Positions 46,821 to 59,500 of a stretch of DNA of 64,000 nt are shown piece after piece. Below the pieces are notes generated by a model. The model was not told where the DNA came from. It searched no databases and worked only from the letters and a program-made list of their open reading frames with translations. Made by a program: the position numbers and the translations under genes. Location: positions 7,936,001 through 8,000,000 of the forward strand of contig CM035355.1 of assembly GCA_020137815.1 (NCBI GenBank). Direction: 5' to 3'. This DNA comes from Hormiphora californensis. Its lineage: Eukaryota > Animalia > Ctenophora. The first letter of the stretch is position 1. Each line of letters opens with the position of its first letter.

Positions 46821-49800
46821 TCACCGCCCAAATTTCCTACCACTCTTTGCAGGCGGCGGTGGAGGTTCAGCTCGGAGCTGTTGGTTCCGCTCCGTCAGGG
46901 TCTCTATTTTGTCGTTTAGGGCACACAAATGTTCACTCATCAGTGCGATTTGAGATTCGTACTTGTCTTTTGTTAAACTCAGCTCCTCCTGGAGATAGAT
47001 AGATGTGTTTTAATGAGATCATTAATTGTGCTACTGATCATATAATGTAGTAGTAATTATTTGAATTAAAGTGAGAGTGGACCGGATCAAAATTGGACAA
47101 GTTTGTTGTACACGGTGTTCATTTTGGATCTTTACAAGCGTTGGGCTTCACCCAGAAAAAAGTTTGCAAGATTACCTTGTGAAACTTCATACTTGGACTA
47201 TTCTATACCCTCATTCAAGGTTCCTGGTGTTTTCGGAGCTCTAGCACCCCGGGAAGTGTGTTTTTGGCATCAAAACTATCAGAAGGAATTTTTTGCTGGT
47301 GCTGAGACTTTGCTAAAATGTTTTTTGGGTATTTTCTATGTCAATCCTGAAGTTTCATGGTGATTGGATGTGTTTTTCAGTCACAGAATTTCGAAAAAAG
47401 TAGCTGGAAAGACTCTAAAACGGCTCAAAAATTGATATTTTAGAGTCTTTCCAGCCACTTTTTTCGAAATTCTGTGACCGAAAAACACATCCAATCACCA
47501 TGAAACTTCAGGATTGACATAGAAAATACCCAAAAAACATTTAAGCAAAGTCTCAGCACCAGCAAAAAATTATTTCTGATAGTTTTGATGCCAAAAACAC
47601 GCTTCCCGGGGTGCTAGAGCTCCGAAAACACCAGGAACCTTGAATGAGGGTATAGAATAGTCCAAGTATGAAGTTTCATGACCTGATCTTGTCAACTTTT
47701 TTCTGGGTGAAGCCCAACGCTTGTAAAGATCCAAAATGAACACCCTGTAGGTAGTGGAGATTAGCTTTCTGAGCATTTTGCGTTTTTGCCGCTCAAAATC
47801 GACCCACCCATCACTGAGATATTTTTGTTATGTTGGGAGAATTCCTGCTGGATCAATATTTAACAAACAGGATAGAAACAAACCTTGTGTTTTACTAGCA
47901 CATCTCGTTTATAATTTGGAGATGAACGTCGAAGTGGTTCGTTAGGCGGTATCTAAGCGACAGGCTGCTCCTTCATAAAACACTCTATGTGCCAAAAGCT
48001 GTAAAGCTGTCATTCACACTTTTAGAACTTCCAGTAGAAGTTAATTTATATTTTCGAATGACTTTTAACATGCCAGTCACCATGTTTACCAATTCAGTTG
48101 CCATGGCAACCGTGTTATTGACGTTGAAAGTGGCGAAATGAGCCCCACGGCGAAGCCGGGTGCGGGGTGGGTTATCAAAAGGCCCTTACTTGAGGCGCAC
48201 CCAATGGGGGCGCTAGTTCTTTAAATTTTTAATATGTTGGCTTGCATTGCCCTGCTTCTGTGCATGGACATGTCAACCGTACTGCTTATATTCAGAATGT
48301 GTTAGTAAAACACCACGATTGATTCTATTCTGTTTTATACATACTGATTAAACAGGAGTTCTCCCAACATAACAAAAATATCTCAGTGATGGGTGGGTCG
48401 ATTTTGAGCAGCAAAAACGCAAAATGCTCAGAAAGCTAATCTCTACTAGCTACGACAAACTTGTCCAATTCTGATTCGGTCCACTCTCACTTTAAACTTT
48501 ATCCCCCTGTAATAAACCCTCTGTAATAAACCCCCTCACGGGGCTGAGACAGCCTCTACGAAGAAGAAGAAGAAAACCCCCTCTCACGACTCACCTCAAG
48601 TCGCTTTCTGATCTTATCCGTATTGCACATATCAATTGAAGCTTGGTTGTGCTGTTTTTCAGCCAGGAACAATCGCTTCTTCTGGTTTAGTGACTCCCTT
48701 TTAAACTTCAAACATTCTCCCTCCGCCTTTTGGATCTGGTAAAACATTTTAGTACATTATTCATGGGACAATCACAGTAACGGTTTTTCTATAACTCTTT
48801 ATGAGATTAACTGTTTTTAAATGTGACAAAGAGAACTATGTATTATTAATCAAATTATACGGCTAATATACAACACAGCTGCTCAATAATCATTCTTTTT
48901 AAACATTTTTTAAACATTGGTTTTGTATCTTACTTGTTCAGAAAGATCGTTGAGCCGTTTTGTAAAATGAACACGGATAGCTTCCTCTCTCAGACCACTA
49001 TCGTCCCATGGACATGCTGATTTGGTAGAACTGGTGGAGTCTGTGAGATCTGAAAACAAAGTCCTGGTTAGTCTCTACAAGGGGGGGGGGGGCTCTCTAC
49101 CAATTACCCACTTGGAGTCTGACCCTCCTTTACAATTACAGTGGGAGAGGGTTAAGTGAAGTTATAGCCATGCTCTATCCAGAATCTCTGCTAACATTAT
49201 ATCAGTGCTGCTTGTAGTCGTATTACCGTAATGGAAATACAGTAATGAGACGTGCACGTTGCATAACGCACGCAAAAAGTGCATGTGTTCAGCACGTACT
49301 AGCGCCCTGAATCCTGATTGGCCACGGTTGCGCGTCGTCTTACTGTATCTCCGTTTTCCATTACCGATTTCCCACTACAAGCGACCGTGTATCACACCGA
49401 TTTATACAGTTGTGGCTTATTGTTACTCACCTAGTAGCGTGTCTACTGGAATATTCGACGAATTATCTGATGAAGTCCTTACTGATTCAGCCTCCTGAGC
49501 CATCTGAAAACAGAGAGGGGTGTTAGAGTAAACTCTCAAGGATTAATCGCTGTAGGAGAAAAGACAATAGCTCAGTGTTCTAAATTCTAAGACAGAATAC
49601 ATGTGATTGGCTCCACACAACGAGAGATCAAGTTTGGAAAGATATGGCCATACATCACTTACCCTGCCAGAAACACCAGCTTTCAGCTTCTAAAGTTATG
49701 GGGGTTAAAATGAACAATAGTTGTTACCATGGTTACCCTTGAGTTACCATAGTTACCCTTTTAGTTACCTTGTTAGCCTTGTCAAGTTTGATATTCAGCA

Positions 49801-50514
49801 GCTGAGCCTCGAGCATCCAATGTTCCTTACTTTGTTCCAGTTTGGCTATTTGGTCTTTCGCTTTCGTCAACTGAGAGATGGAGTCATAGTTTTAAAATAT
49901 ATTTTAAAATAAATAGTTTTAACCAGTATTTTAGGATGTATGTTAGTACTGGGGATAAAGTACATTGCATTGAAAACCATTTTCTATAGAGGAAGTTTTA
50001 TGAGACGTACATGTCCGTCACCCATGCTGTCTGTCAGATCATCAATGTAGCTCCCATCCAACCCTGGTATACTGTCTGTCATAACATCATTAGTTAGTCC
50101 GTCATTTGGTCTGTCATGTCTGTCATTTTGTGTATCATATCCGTCATTTGGTCCATCATGTCCGTCATTTGGTATGTCATATCCGTCATTTAGTCCGTCA
50201 TTTAGTTCGTCATGTATATCATTTAGTCCGTCATGTCTGTCATTTTGTGTGTCATATCCGTCATTTTGTGTCTCATGTCTGTCATTTGGTCCATCATATC
50301 TGTCAACCAGACCCACCTCATCACATAACTCAGGAGAGGGAGTGGATGGGGTTGTAGGTAGGGCAGGACTCCTATCTCCGGTGTCATCCATCTGATCCTG
50401 TTCTGTAGAGGTGGTGATGTTAGGGAACTGGTGGTTTATAAGGTTCAGGTAGTCCTGGCACCGCTCAGATAAAGTTGAAGTATACTTGGATTCCGCATCT
50501 GCACTGAACCTGGG

Positions 50515-50595
<81 letters not shown>

Positions 50596-53500
50596 GGTAG
50601 AGAGGGACGCGAAGGGAGAGGGGGCTGCGGGAAGAGAGCGCTCCGCGTGCTCGAGAGTGAGGGCTCCGCGCCCAGCAGCCTCCGCTCTCTCGAGCTCGCC
50701 CCATCCGACTCCGCTCCTCCTACTCCAGACTCCCGAACCCCTCACGCTGCTCGCCCTGCGCCTCGGCATCGTCGCTCGACGCTCGCGCCGCGTCTCTCTC
50801 TCATTCCCCTCTGGCCCCCGCTCTGTCGGCTAAGCGGTCCCGCCGTCTCGCCTTTTTTTCTAAAGGGTTTCCTTTATCTTTTCCGGGGAGCACTGTCAGA
50901 GAGATGTCGAGATATCTTTGTAAGAGTGTTAACCACGGCTTGTAGTGAGGCTATCCAACATTCATCAGTCGTTTTTAACCTGGCAAGTCATCCTTTATGT
51001 ATCTCAATCAAAGACTGTAGTTCTAATACCACTCTCTCTATCTCTCTCTCTCTCTCCCCTCTCTCTTTCTCTTTCTTTCTCTCCCCCTATCTCTCTCTCA
51101 TTCTCTTTCTCTCCCGCTCTCTCTCAGACTTTCTCTCCCACTACACTAAATACCCATTAGTATGTCAACTGTCAAGATACATTATCATTAGCGGTTGCCG
51201 GTTGTCGCTCTCATTGGTGACCGCGGTAGTGACCCGCCCCATATCATCTCTTTCTTTCTCACCACTTAGAGCAATTAAAACCCACAATTTGGGATAGTGG
51301 TACAATTTAAACCATTTTCGAAAATCTTAGGCAAGTCGAGCTCTTTTCATAAAGCCATTTCCGGTTTTTAACTCAGCCTGCGTTGAAACAGCTGTAGAGA
51401 TTCGTCAGTCGAGAAACAACTTTTTGGCACAATTTTGAGACGTTTTACCCCATAACTCAACCAATTTTAAAAACCTTGGGTTCTTAAGAAAGAGGAGATC
51501 GAGAAGTACTATCCTCCAGTATACAATTATTAGTAGCAATTCTCTTACCTCTGCGTTACCGTTGGTAGTTTGTGACACAGAGCCAACTTTGGGTACAGAG
51601 TAGAAATATGGGATCGTAATGCACCACTCAGCTCCTTCACATGTTTTACTAGCACAGGAATGTGCTTTCCCGCATCCGATGCCTCGACTGTGAAAAATCT
51701 ATATTAGAGAATCATAAAATTATAATATATTTGTAGAAGAGTTAGATCAAAGCGGGCAGTTTTATAGAAGATCTAGACAGCCATATTAATCAATAGTCAA
51801 TGAGTAAATACTATTATATAAACCGTTGACTTGTTATATGTTCTAACCCTCCCTTTACATTTGATTCGGGGGCGGGGCGCCCGAAACACAGTCTAGCCAG
51901 GCAACCGTTGACCAACTATACTTTCTAGTGCACCTCGATATGGACACCTCCTCCATTGTCCTTCTCTCTCTGAACTCCACGGTGGCAACGAACAACAGTC
52001 TCAACTGGACGTATGCTGCTGGTGCCATTGCATCAACTGGAATTATTGCTAACACCCTCACCTTCATATATTTTGTTGCACAAGAACGGTAGGTAAACTC
52101 AGTAGCTGTCTTGCAGGACATTGTTCATTGAAATATAATGGCTCTAATTTTGTGATTTTTTCAACAGGAACAAAGGATCGTTTGGCAATCGTTTACTGCT
52201 CCTCCTTAACACAATTGACGCGATCCTGTGCTTGACGACCTTTCTAAGGATCGTGGTTCGCTACGAAATACGTTCTACTGATACTTTTGAAAGCGCGGCC
52301 CAAGACCCACCTCCATTGTACACAGTAGGGGTGATCACATACATCACGCTACTTGTCACTGAAAGGACTGCAGCAGAGCTGAGTGGACTGGCAACTATCA
52401 TTCTGTCTGTTTGTCGAACTATCGGGGTGTGGATGCCATTCTACAGGATCAAACCGACTCCAATTGTGATTGTTGTTGTGCTAAACGCAGTTGTCATGGC
52501 AACAAGGAATGCCGTTACTGGCTACATTTTCATGAAGCCTAAATATTTGTTCACACCTCCTAGTACTGCTACAGAAGTAGCTATATTCATATATTCCAGA
52601 ATTGCAGTTTTTATCGCTATCGTAGCTATTCTTCTAGTCAGTACGCTGCTGACAGTGATTAAGCTTTTAGCCTCCATTAGAGACACAGAACGGAGACTTG
52701 GACCAACTGACAAAAAGGTGTCAAAACAGTCAGCTGCGATCAAGACCACTATAATCTTAGCTATTGTTTCCATGTTCTTTAATGGCTACGTTAGCGTTAT
52801 AATGATAGTATATAGATTGGAAGGAAAACCCTCTTCACCAGGTTGGACTTTTGTCTACAAAAGTGCGAAGATCATTGCAATTCCGCTCAACTCTGTGATT
52901 AATCCTGGTATCTACTTTGTCCGGATCAAAGCGATTAGACAATTCTGGTGGAAAATTGCGAGAAAGGCGAAGGGTACTGCCAATGATACAGAAATAAGTC
53001 ATGTGCAGGTGACGAACTCTCTCGCTACACCAGCTAGAGTTTCCTCGACCGTTTAGAGATGGTTTAGAGACGTTGCTGATCCTGAAGTTCCTGAGGTTGC
53101 TGTAGCATGCTATGTGATGTAAACTGTCTTTGCTCTTGATTCAATCCTTATTATTAGCCCCTTTGATTGTGAATCAACTAGTAAATTCTAAGAGCTACAT
53201 AATCTTAAATCCGATCTGTTATTAGCTGACAGGGTCTCGGAGAATGTGACCAAAGGCAAAACTATATAACTGCCACTAAATCACACCAAATTAGGATATA
53301 ATATTTAGCATCGCAACATCGACCCAAAGATTCCAGGAACAGGTTCAGTTATGAAACTCAACCCTCTCTCACCGTTATAGAACATTCTCACACATTGCTT
53401 TCCTGAACCCTCTCTCCCGTATTGCCTGGCTAGACTGTGTTTCGGGCGAGGGTTAGAACATAGCAACTCCCGTAAATTATTCAAATAAAACAAATACACA

Positions 53501-56500
53501 CCAATTTCTGCGACATTGCCAAGAGAGAAGGAAGAGTTCTGGAATGCCAGGATAAGAGGTTGGATACTGTCCCCAACTGCACTGTTACACTGCTCCATTT
53601 GGATGGAACAAGACATCAACATGGACTCTCCTGAAAGGCTGCAGGAGAGAGGAAGAATTTATTAGTGATATTGGAATAGACAGATTGGGATTGGACACGA
53701 CATCAACATTGACTCTCCTGAAAGGCTGCAGGAGAGAGGAAGAATTATTAGAAAATAAAGTGAAATTGTAATAGTATGTTCGCAAAAGGCAAGCTTCCCC
53801 TCGTCCGACCCGAAGTTGCTAACATATAGTCCGATATTTAATAATGGGAACCGGGGGCGCGCATTAAACAAAATTCGATTTGACAAATATTCGTTTCTCG
53901 GTTCAGGATCTAATGGCACACTTTGTTTCGATTGTTAAAGTCCATTGATTTTTCACCCAAAAACTTAAATTTAAAACTTTTGTGGCGTGCGCTACACGTT
54001 AACTATATTGTTTATAGCAAGAAAGGACTATTTTACAACGAATTCCCTGGTTGCTATGGTAACCAACTCCGTTGTCATGGTAAATTAATCGAACTCTATC
54101 GAGTCTATCGCCAGCAACTGTATGAAACTTTCACAAAGGCTCAAAGTTTGAATATCAAATTTGCCAAAACTGTGCAGGGGCAAAAGTGTTAATTACTTAT
54201 AATTAATTAATTAATTAAAAAATCAGAAATCCGGCTCTTTTATGACTCGTAGTTATACCACTAGAACATGCATGCAAAGTCTCATTTCGAAATATCAAAC
54301 GGTGTGGCCACAGTTCGAATATCAAATTTACCAAAAATGTGCAGGGGCAACATTTGCCGCAAATGTGCAGGGGCAAAATGTGCAGGGGCAAAATTTTAAT
54401 TACTTATAATTAATTGGATAATTAATTTTGACTATTCCCACTTTTTGTCGATCTTTCTATATGCATGAACTACATTACTACAAAATTTTAGGTCGTTATT
54501 TATAGCAGAACAGAAAATATACCATTTTTAGTTGCCTTGTTCAGGAAATGTGCAGGGGGTCGAAATCAGCGGTGCAGGGGAAAGATGGTGCAGGGGCAAA
54601 ATTTTAATTACTTATAATTAATTAGTTAAATTAAAAATAAGAAATCCAGCCTTTTTATGACTCGTAGTTATACTACAGTCAGACCCCGATTTAGTGGCAT
54701 CCTCGGGGGAAAAAAATCCTGCCACTAAATCGGGGTGCCACTAAATCGGGGAGATCCATATTTGGCCCATAAAAACCTATTTTATGCCCAAAATGCTATA
54801 CTAAGACTAAAAACACCTCTAACTGTTATATGCAATATTCATGTATTGATGACATGGTAATTTCTGATTAGAAATAGAAAACTTTAAAATAATTTTTTCA
54901 AAAAGAATGTGAAAAATTTTCTAAGTTATACCAGCCCGTCCGATTTGTGTTTCGAATCGGTGCAGCTTACTGGATGTCCTGTCTAATTAGCAGGTTCGAA
55001 ACGAACCGATACGTGATACCATGCCGAATCTGGGCACCCTAAGCGGGTGAGGAAGTATCAAAATTTCAAAATAACTTTTTCTCTCAAAATTTATGGGGAG
55101 CACCGATCAAAGCATTGACAATCGTACTGTAAAATTTTGCAAAAAAAGTTTTTTATAAGTATACCAGCCACGTCCGAAACCTGTTTCGAATCGGTGCATC
55201 TTATCGCATGTCCTGCTGCTAATTAGACGGTTCGGAACGTGATCCCCATCGAATCGAAATCTTGACTCTTGGTGACCTTGTGATTCAATGGCCCCATGGG
55301 GATCACGTATCGGTTCGTTCCGAACCGTCTAATTAGCAGCAGGATATGCGATAAGATTCACTGATTCGAAACGCGATTTGGACGTGGCTGGTATTCCTTT
55401 GAAAAATTTTCAAAAAAATTTCAAAAAAATTTCACAAAAAAAAATTCAAAAAATTTTTGGGGGAAAAAAATTGTGCCACTAAATCGGGGTGCCACTAAAT
55501 CGGGGGCCACTAAATCGGGGTCCGACTGTACTAGAACATGCATACAAAGTTTCATTTCGAAAAAACAAACAGTTTGGCCACAGTTTGAATATCAAAATTG
55601 CAAAAAATGTGCAGGGGTATTTGCCCCTGCACATTTTCAAAAAAAGTGCAGGGGGCCCTAAAAAAGTCAATTTTTGCATGCCTATAACTAATTAATTAAT
55701 TAATTTTCAATACTCCCACTTTTCGAATATCATTTTTTATGATTGAAGAACATTCCTACAAAGTTTCAAGTCGATATTTCAAGCAGAACGGAAGATAAAC
55801 CGTGTGCAGGGGCACGCGTGCAGGGGCAAAAAATCGAAATGTGCAGGGGCAATGTGCAGGGGCAAATTTTGATAGCTTATAATTAATTAATTAATTAAAA
55901 AATCAAAAATCCGGCCACGTTATGACACGTAGTTATACTACTAGAACATGCCTACAAAATTTCAGGTCGATATCTCAAACGATGTGGCCGCAATCGCTGC
56001 CTGAAATTTGCCCCCCCCCCCCCCAGAAAATCTTCTATTCTTCTGCTATATAGGGCCGTCACTTTTTGGATTTGGTGCAGGGGCAAAAAATTTTTTTTTT
56101 CGTTTTTTCTGTTTTCTTCGGGTCGGAGGTGCCTGCCGGCACCTAAATAGTAAAGGCTGGAGAGAGGAAGAATAATTTATTAGTGATATTGGAATAGTAA
56201 AGAGAAACTCTGTACATAACCCTCTAATCTCTATGTTATTATTTATGTTTATTTGTACTATTTAAATTATTAATGTTAATGCACACTTATAAATGTTTAA
56301 TTAATTGTCTTGACGATATTTGACTAATTCTAATATATTGACAGTCACACTCATATGTGTCTGGTGAAGTGAAAAGTGAGAACTCTAACTCCGTCCCTTA
56401 CTCACCATTGTTTAAACTTCCTGAGTACGTCACACAAGAACTCAACAAGATCAGTGTATTGTAGGGAAAACATCTTCAAATCTTTACAGGATCTCTAGAT

Positions 56501-59500
56501 AAGGAATGTGGTTAGATTGTTCCTAACTTATTCACAACTTTAAATGTCAATAATTTCACAAATCACACAGTGTGACTTTGTGTGAATCACACAATTGTGA
56601 TTATTTCACGGAATTAGTTTTTACTAAAACTTACCATTCCATAATGTGACTGCCTGCATGCGGTGGTAAAATCACTGTAAGACACAAGGAGTGGTCTGAT
56701 GTAGTCGGGGTGAGAGGACAGGGCTTTACACAACTGGAAGTAGAAGTAGGGTTAGAATGTAGGGTTGCCTTGATCGAAGCTCCTTGCTCTAACACAATGC
56801 CTAATTCATAAAGCAGTACCGAAGGTCAAGAAATGCAAGAAATACATGTTAGTCAGTGAATCTTACCGTTCGTGAAGTGTCCCCTAATTCCCCCACCTCC
56901 CTCTCACACAACTCAGTCCGTTGCCCCAGGTAGGTACAATAGTTTAGTAGTCCTGTTGTCAGTTCGTCTAGGTAGCCTCCAACTAAGGTGAGGGTACTCT
57001 CAACCTGACCCTGCGAGGATTATAGTTAAAACAACTAATTCTGGAGGATTATAGTTATCAAAATGGTATAATTCTGGAAATTATTCCTGCTCCATGAAGT
57101 AATACAAACATTATGAAATGGTGATAACATGACGTTGTGATTTCTAAAAAAATAAGAACTTTTGTAAGACATGTTGTGATGGCTCTTTGTAATGCATACC
57201 ATGTAACACATAACATGTTGTGAAAATATAATGGCTCTTTGTAATGCACATACCGTTCGTTTCTTATCCTTGGCGTATACGTTCAAGTTTTTGCACTTGA
57301 TACTTTTACAAGACTGCTGCAGCTGGGCTGAATCAGGCGATACGTTGTTGTCTACCCGACTTGAAAAGAAAGGAGTGAGTGAGAAATAGATGCCATAAAT
57401 CAATAAGAATATCAATAACAATCAACTGGTTTAAAAATGAACTATTTCACAGCCTACAGTGCATCATCTCCACTAATTATCTAATTACCTAATTCCCTCT
57501 AATTACCTAATTCCCTCTAATTACCTAATTACCTAATCACCTCTAATTACCTAATTCCCTCTAATTACCTTTTTTGTAAAGTCATATTAGCCAGATCCAA
57601 CTTCCTAGTCGCCTTATCTAGTTGAACCTGCAGCCCAGAACTATGTCTCTGCTCCTTTGCCAGGGCTCCCTCGAACTCCTCTCTGGAGGTCTTTAGCAGA
57701 ATATCAGTCTCCTTACTATTAGATCGGAGACTCTCATTCTCGTCTTGGAGGTCCTGGATCTTACTTGCGAAGTGATCCTCTATAGATTGGAGCTGGGGAG
57801 TGGTGAGGGGGGGGGGGGGGGGTCAGTGTGAGAGATGGGGAGGGATCAGTGTGAACTGGGGAGTGGGGAGAGGGGGGTCAGTGTGAGAGGGATGGGGGAG
57901 TGGGGAGGGGGGCTGTGTGAGAGAGCTAGGGGAGTGGGGGGAGGGGGGCTGTGAGATCTGGGGAGTGGTGAGGGGGGGGGGTCAGTGTGAGAGATGGGGA
58001 GGGATCAGTGTGAACTGGGGAGTGGGGAGAGGGGGGTCAGTGTGAGAGGGATGGGGGAGTGGGGAGGGGGGCTGTGTGAGAGAGCTAGGGGAGTGGGGGG
58101 AGGGGGGCTGTGAGATCTGGGGAGTGGGGAGGGATCAGTGTGAGAGAGATGGGGAGTGGGGGAGGGGATGAGTGTGAGAGAGATGGGGAGTGGGAGGGGG
58201 GGGGGGTTGTGTGAGAGAGCTGGGGAGTGGGGAGTGGGGCTGTGTGAGAGCTGGGGGAGTGGTTCTCTATAGATTGAAGCTGGGGAGCTGGGGGGAGTGG
58301 GGGATCAGTGTGAGAGCTGTGGAGTGGGGGCGGTGAGATAATGGGGGCAGTACAGAGCATAATTTGAGAAACATCAGACCCTTTCTACACCCTACTAAAA
58401 TACACATAAAACCAACCTTGGTATGAAGCCGCTCATTTTCCCGAATTTTCGACTCCAACTCCTCCAGATGAATGCTATCTACTTCCCTGCTATTGGTGTC
58501 CCCTTTTCCCTTCTTCTTTCCCCCACTTCCCTTTTTATCCAGGTCTGCCTGGAGACTCTCTACTCGGGCAGATAGTTGCTTGTTACGGAATACCAAGCTA
58601 TCAACCTGGAGGGAAGGGGGTTACACAAATTAGGGGTTACACATTAGGGGTCACACATTAGGGGGTGACACATTAGGGGTCACACATTAGGGGTTACACA
58701 TTAGGGGCTACACATTAGGGGTCACACATTAGGGGGTCACACATTAGGGGTCACACATTAGTGGTCACATATTAGGGGTCACACATTAGGGGTCACGCAT
58801 TAGTGGTCACACATTAGGGGGTCACACATTAGGGGTCACACATTAGTGGTCACATATTAGGGGTCACACATTAGGGGTCACGCATTAGTGGTCACACATT
58901 AGGGGTTACACATTGGGGGTTACACATTAGGGGGTCACACATTAGGGGGTCACACATTAGGGGTCACACATTAGGGGTCACATATTGGGGCAGATAGCTG
59001 CTTGTTACGGAATACCAAACTATCAACCTGGAAGAGAGGGGGTCACACATTAGGGGTCACACATTAGGGGGTCACACATTAGGGGTTACACATTAGGGTT
59101 ACACATTAGGGGTTACATATTGGGGCAGATAGTTGCTTGTTACGGAATACCAAGCTATCAACCTGGAAGGAAGGGGGTTACACTGTTATACACCTCTTTG
59201 ACAGTTCAACTCAATCAGTTTTCCATAATTTTGCATTTTGCTGATGAACAGTGCATGAACAATTCATGACTTCAAAGAAAACAATTGGGGGGGGGTTCAA
59301 CCTAAAAATTTCCATTTCCATTTGCCAAAATCCGGGTATCGATGGAAATTTTTAGAAATTTTTAGAAATTTTTAGAAGTTTTTAGAAATTTTTAGAAGTT
59401 TTTAGTACTAAAAATTTCCAAAAATTTCTAAAAATTTCCAAAAATTTCCATTAATTTCCAAAAATTTCTAAAAATTTCTAAAAATTTCCAAAAATTTCCA

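Noticed and set aside
50598-51297. GC-rich 216-261-aa ORFs next to (AG)n
   Set aside because: Low-complexity, probably degraded read through the microsatellite; only ~50509-50008 behaves as an exon.
51831-53466. GPCR apparently enclosed by terminal inverted repeats (Pack-type gene capture)
   Set aside because: Each 'TIR' has its own distinct 8-bp TSD, so they are two independent mini-element insertions in opposite orientation, not the ends of one element.
58615-59185. Interstitial telomere (TTAGGG)
   Set aside because: TTAGGG is only part of a 14-15-bp unit, not a tandem hexamer array.
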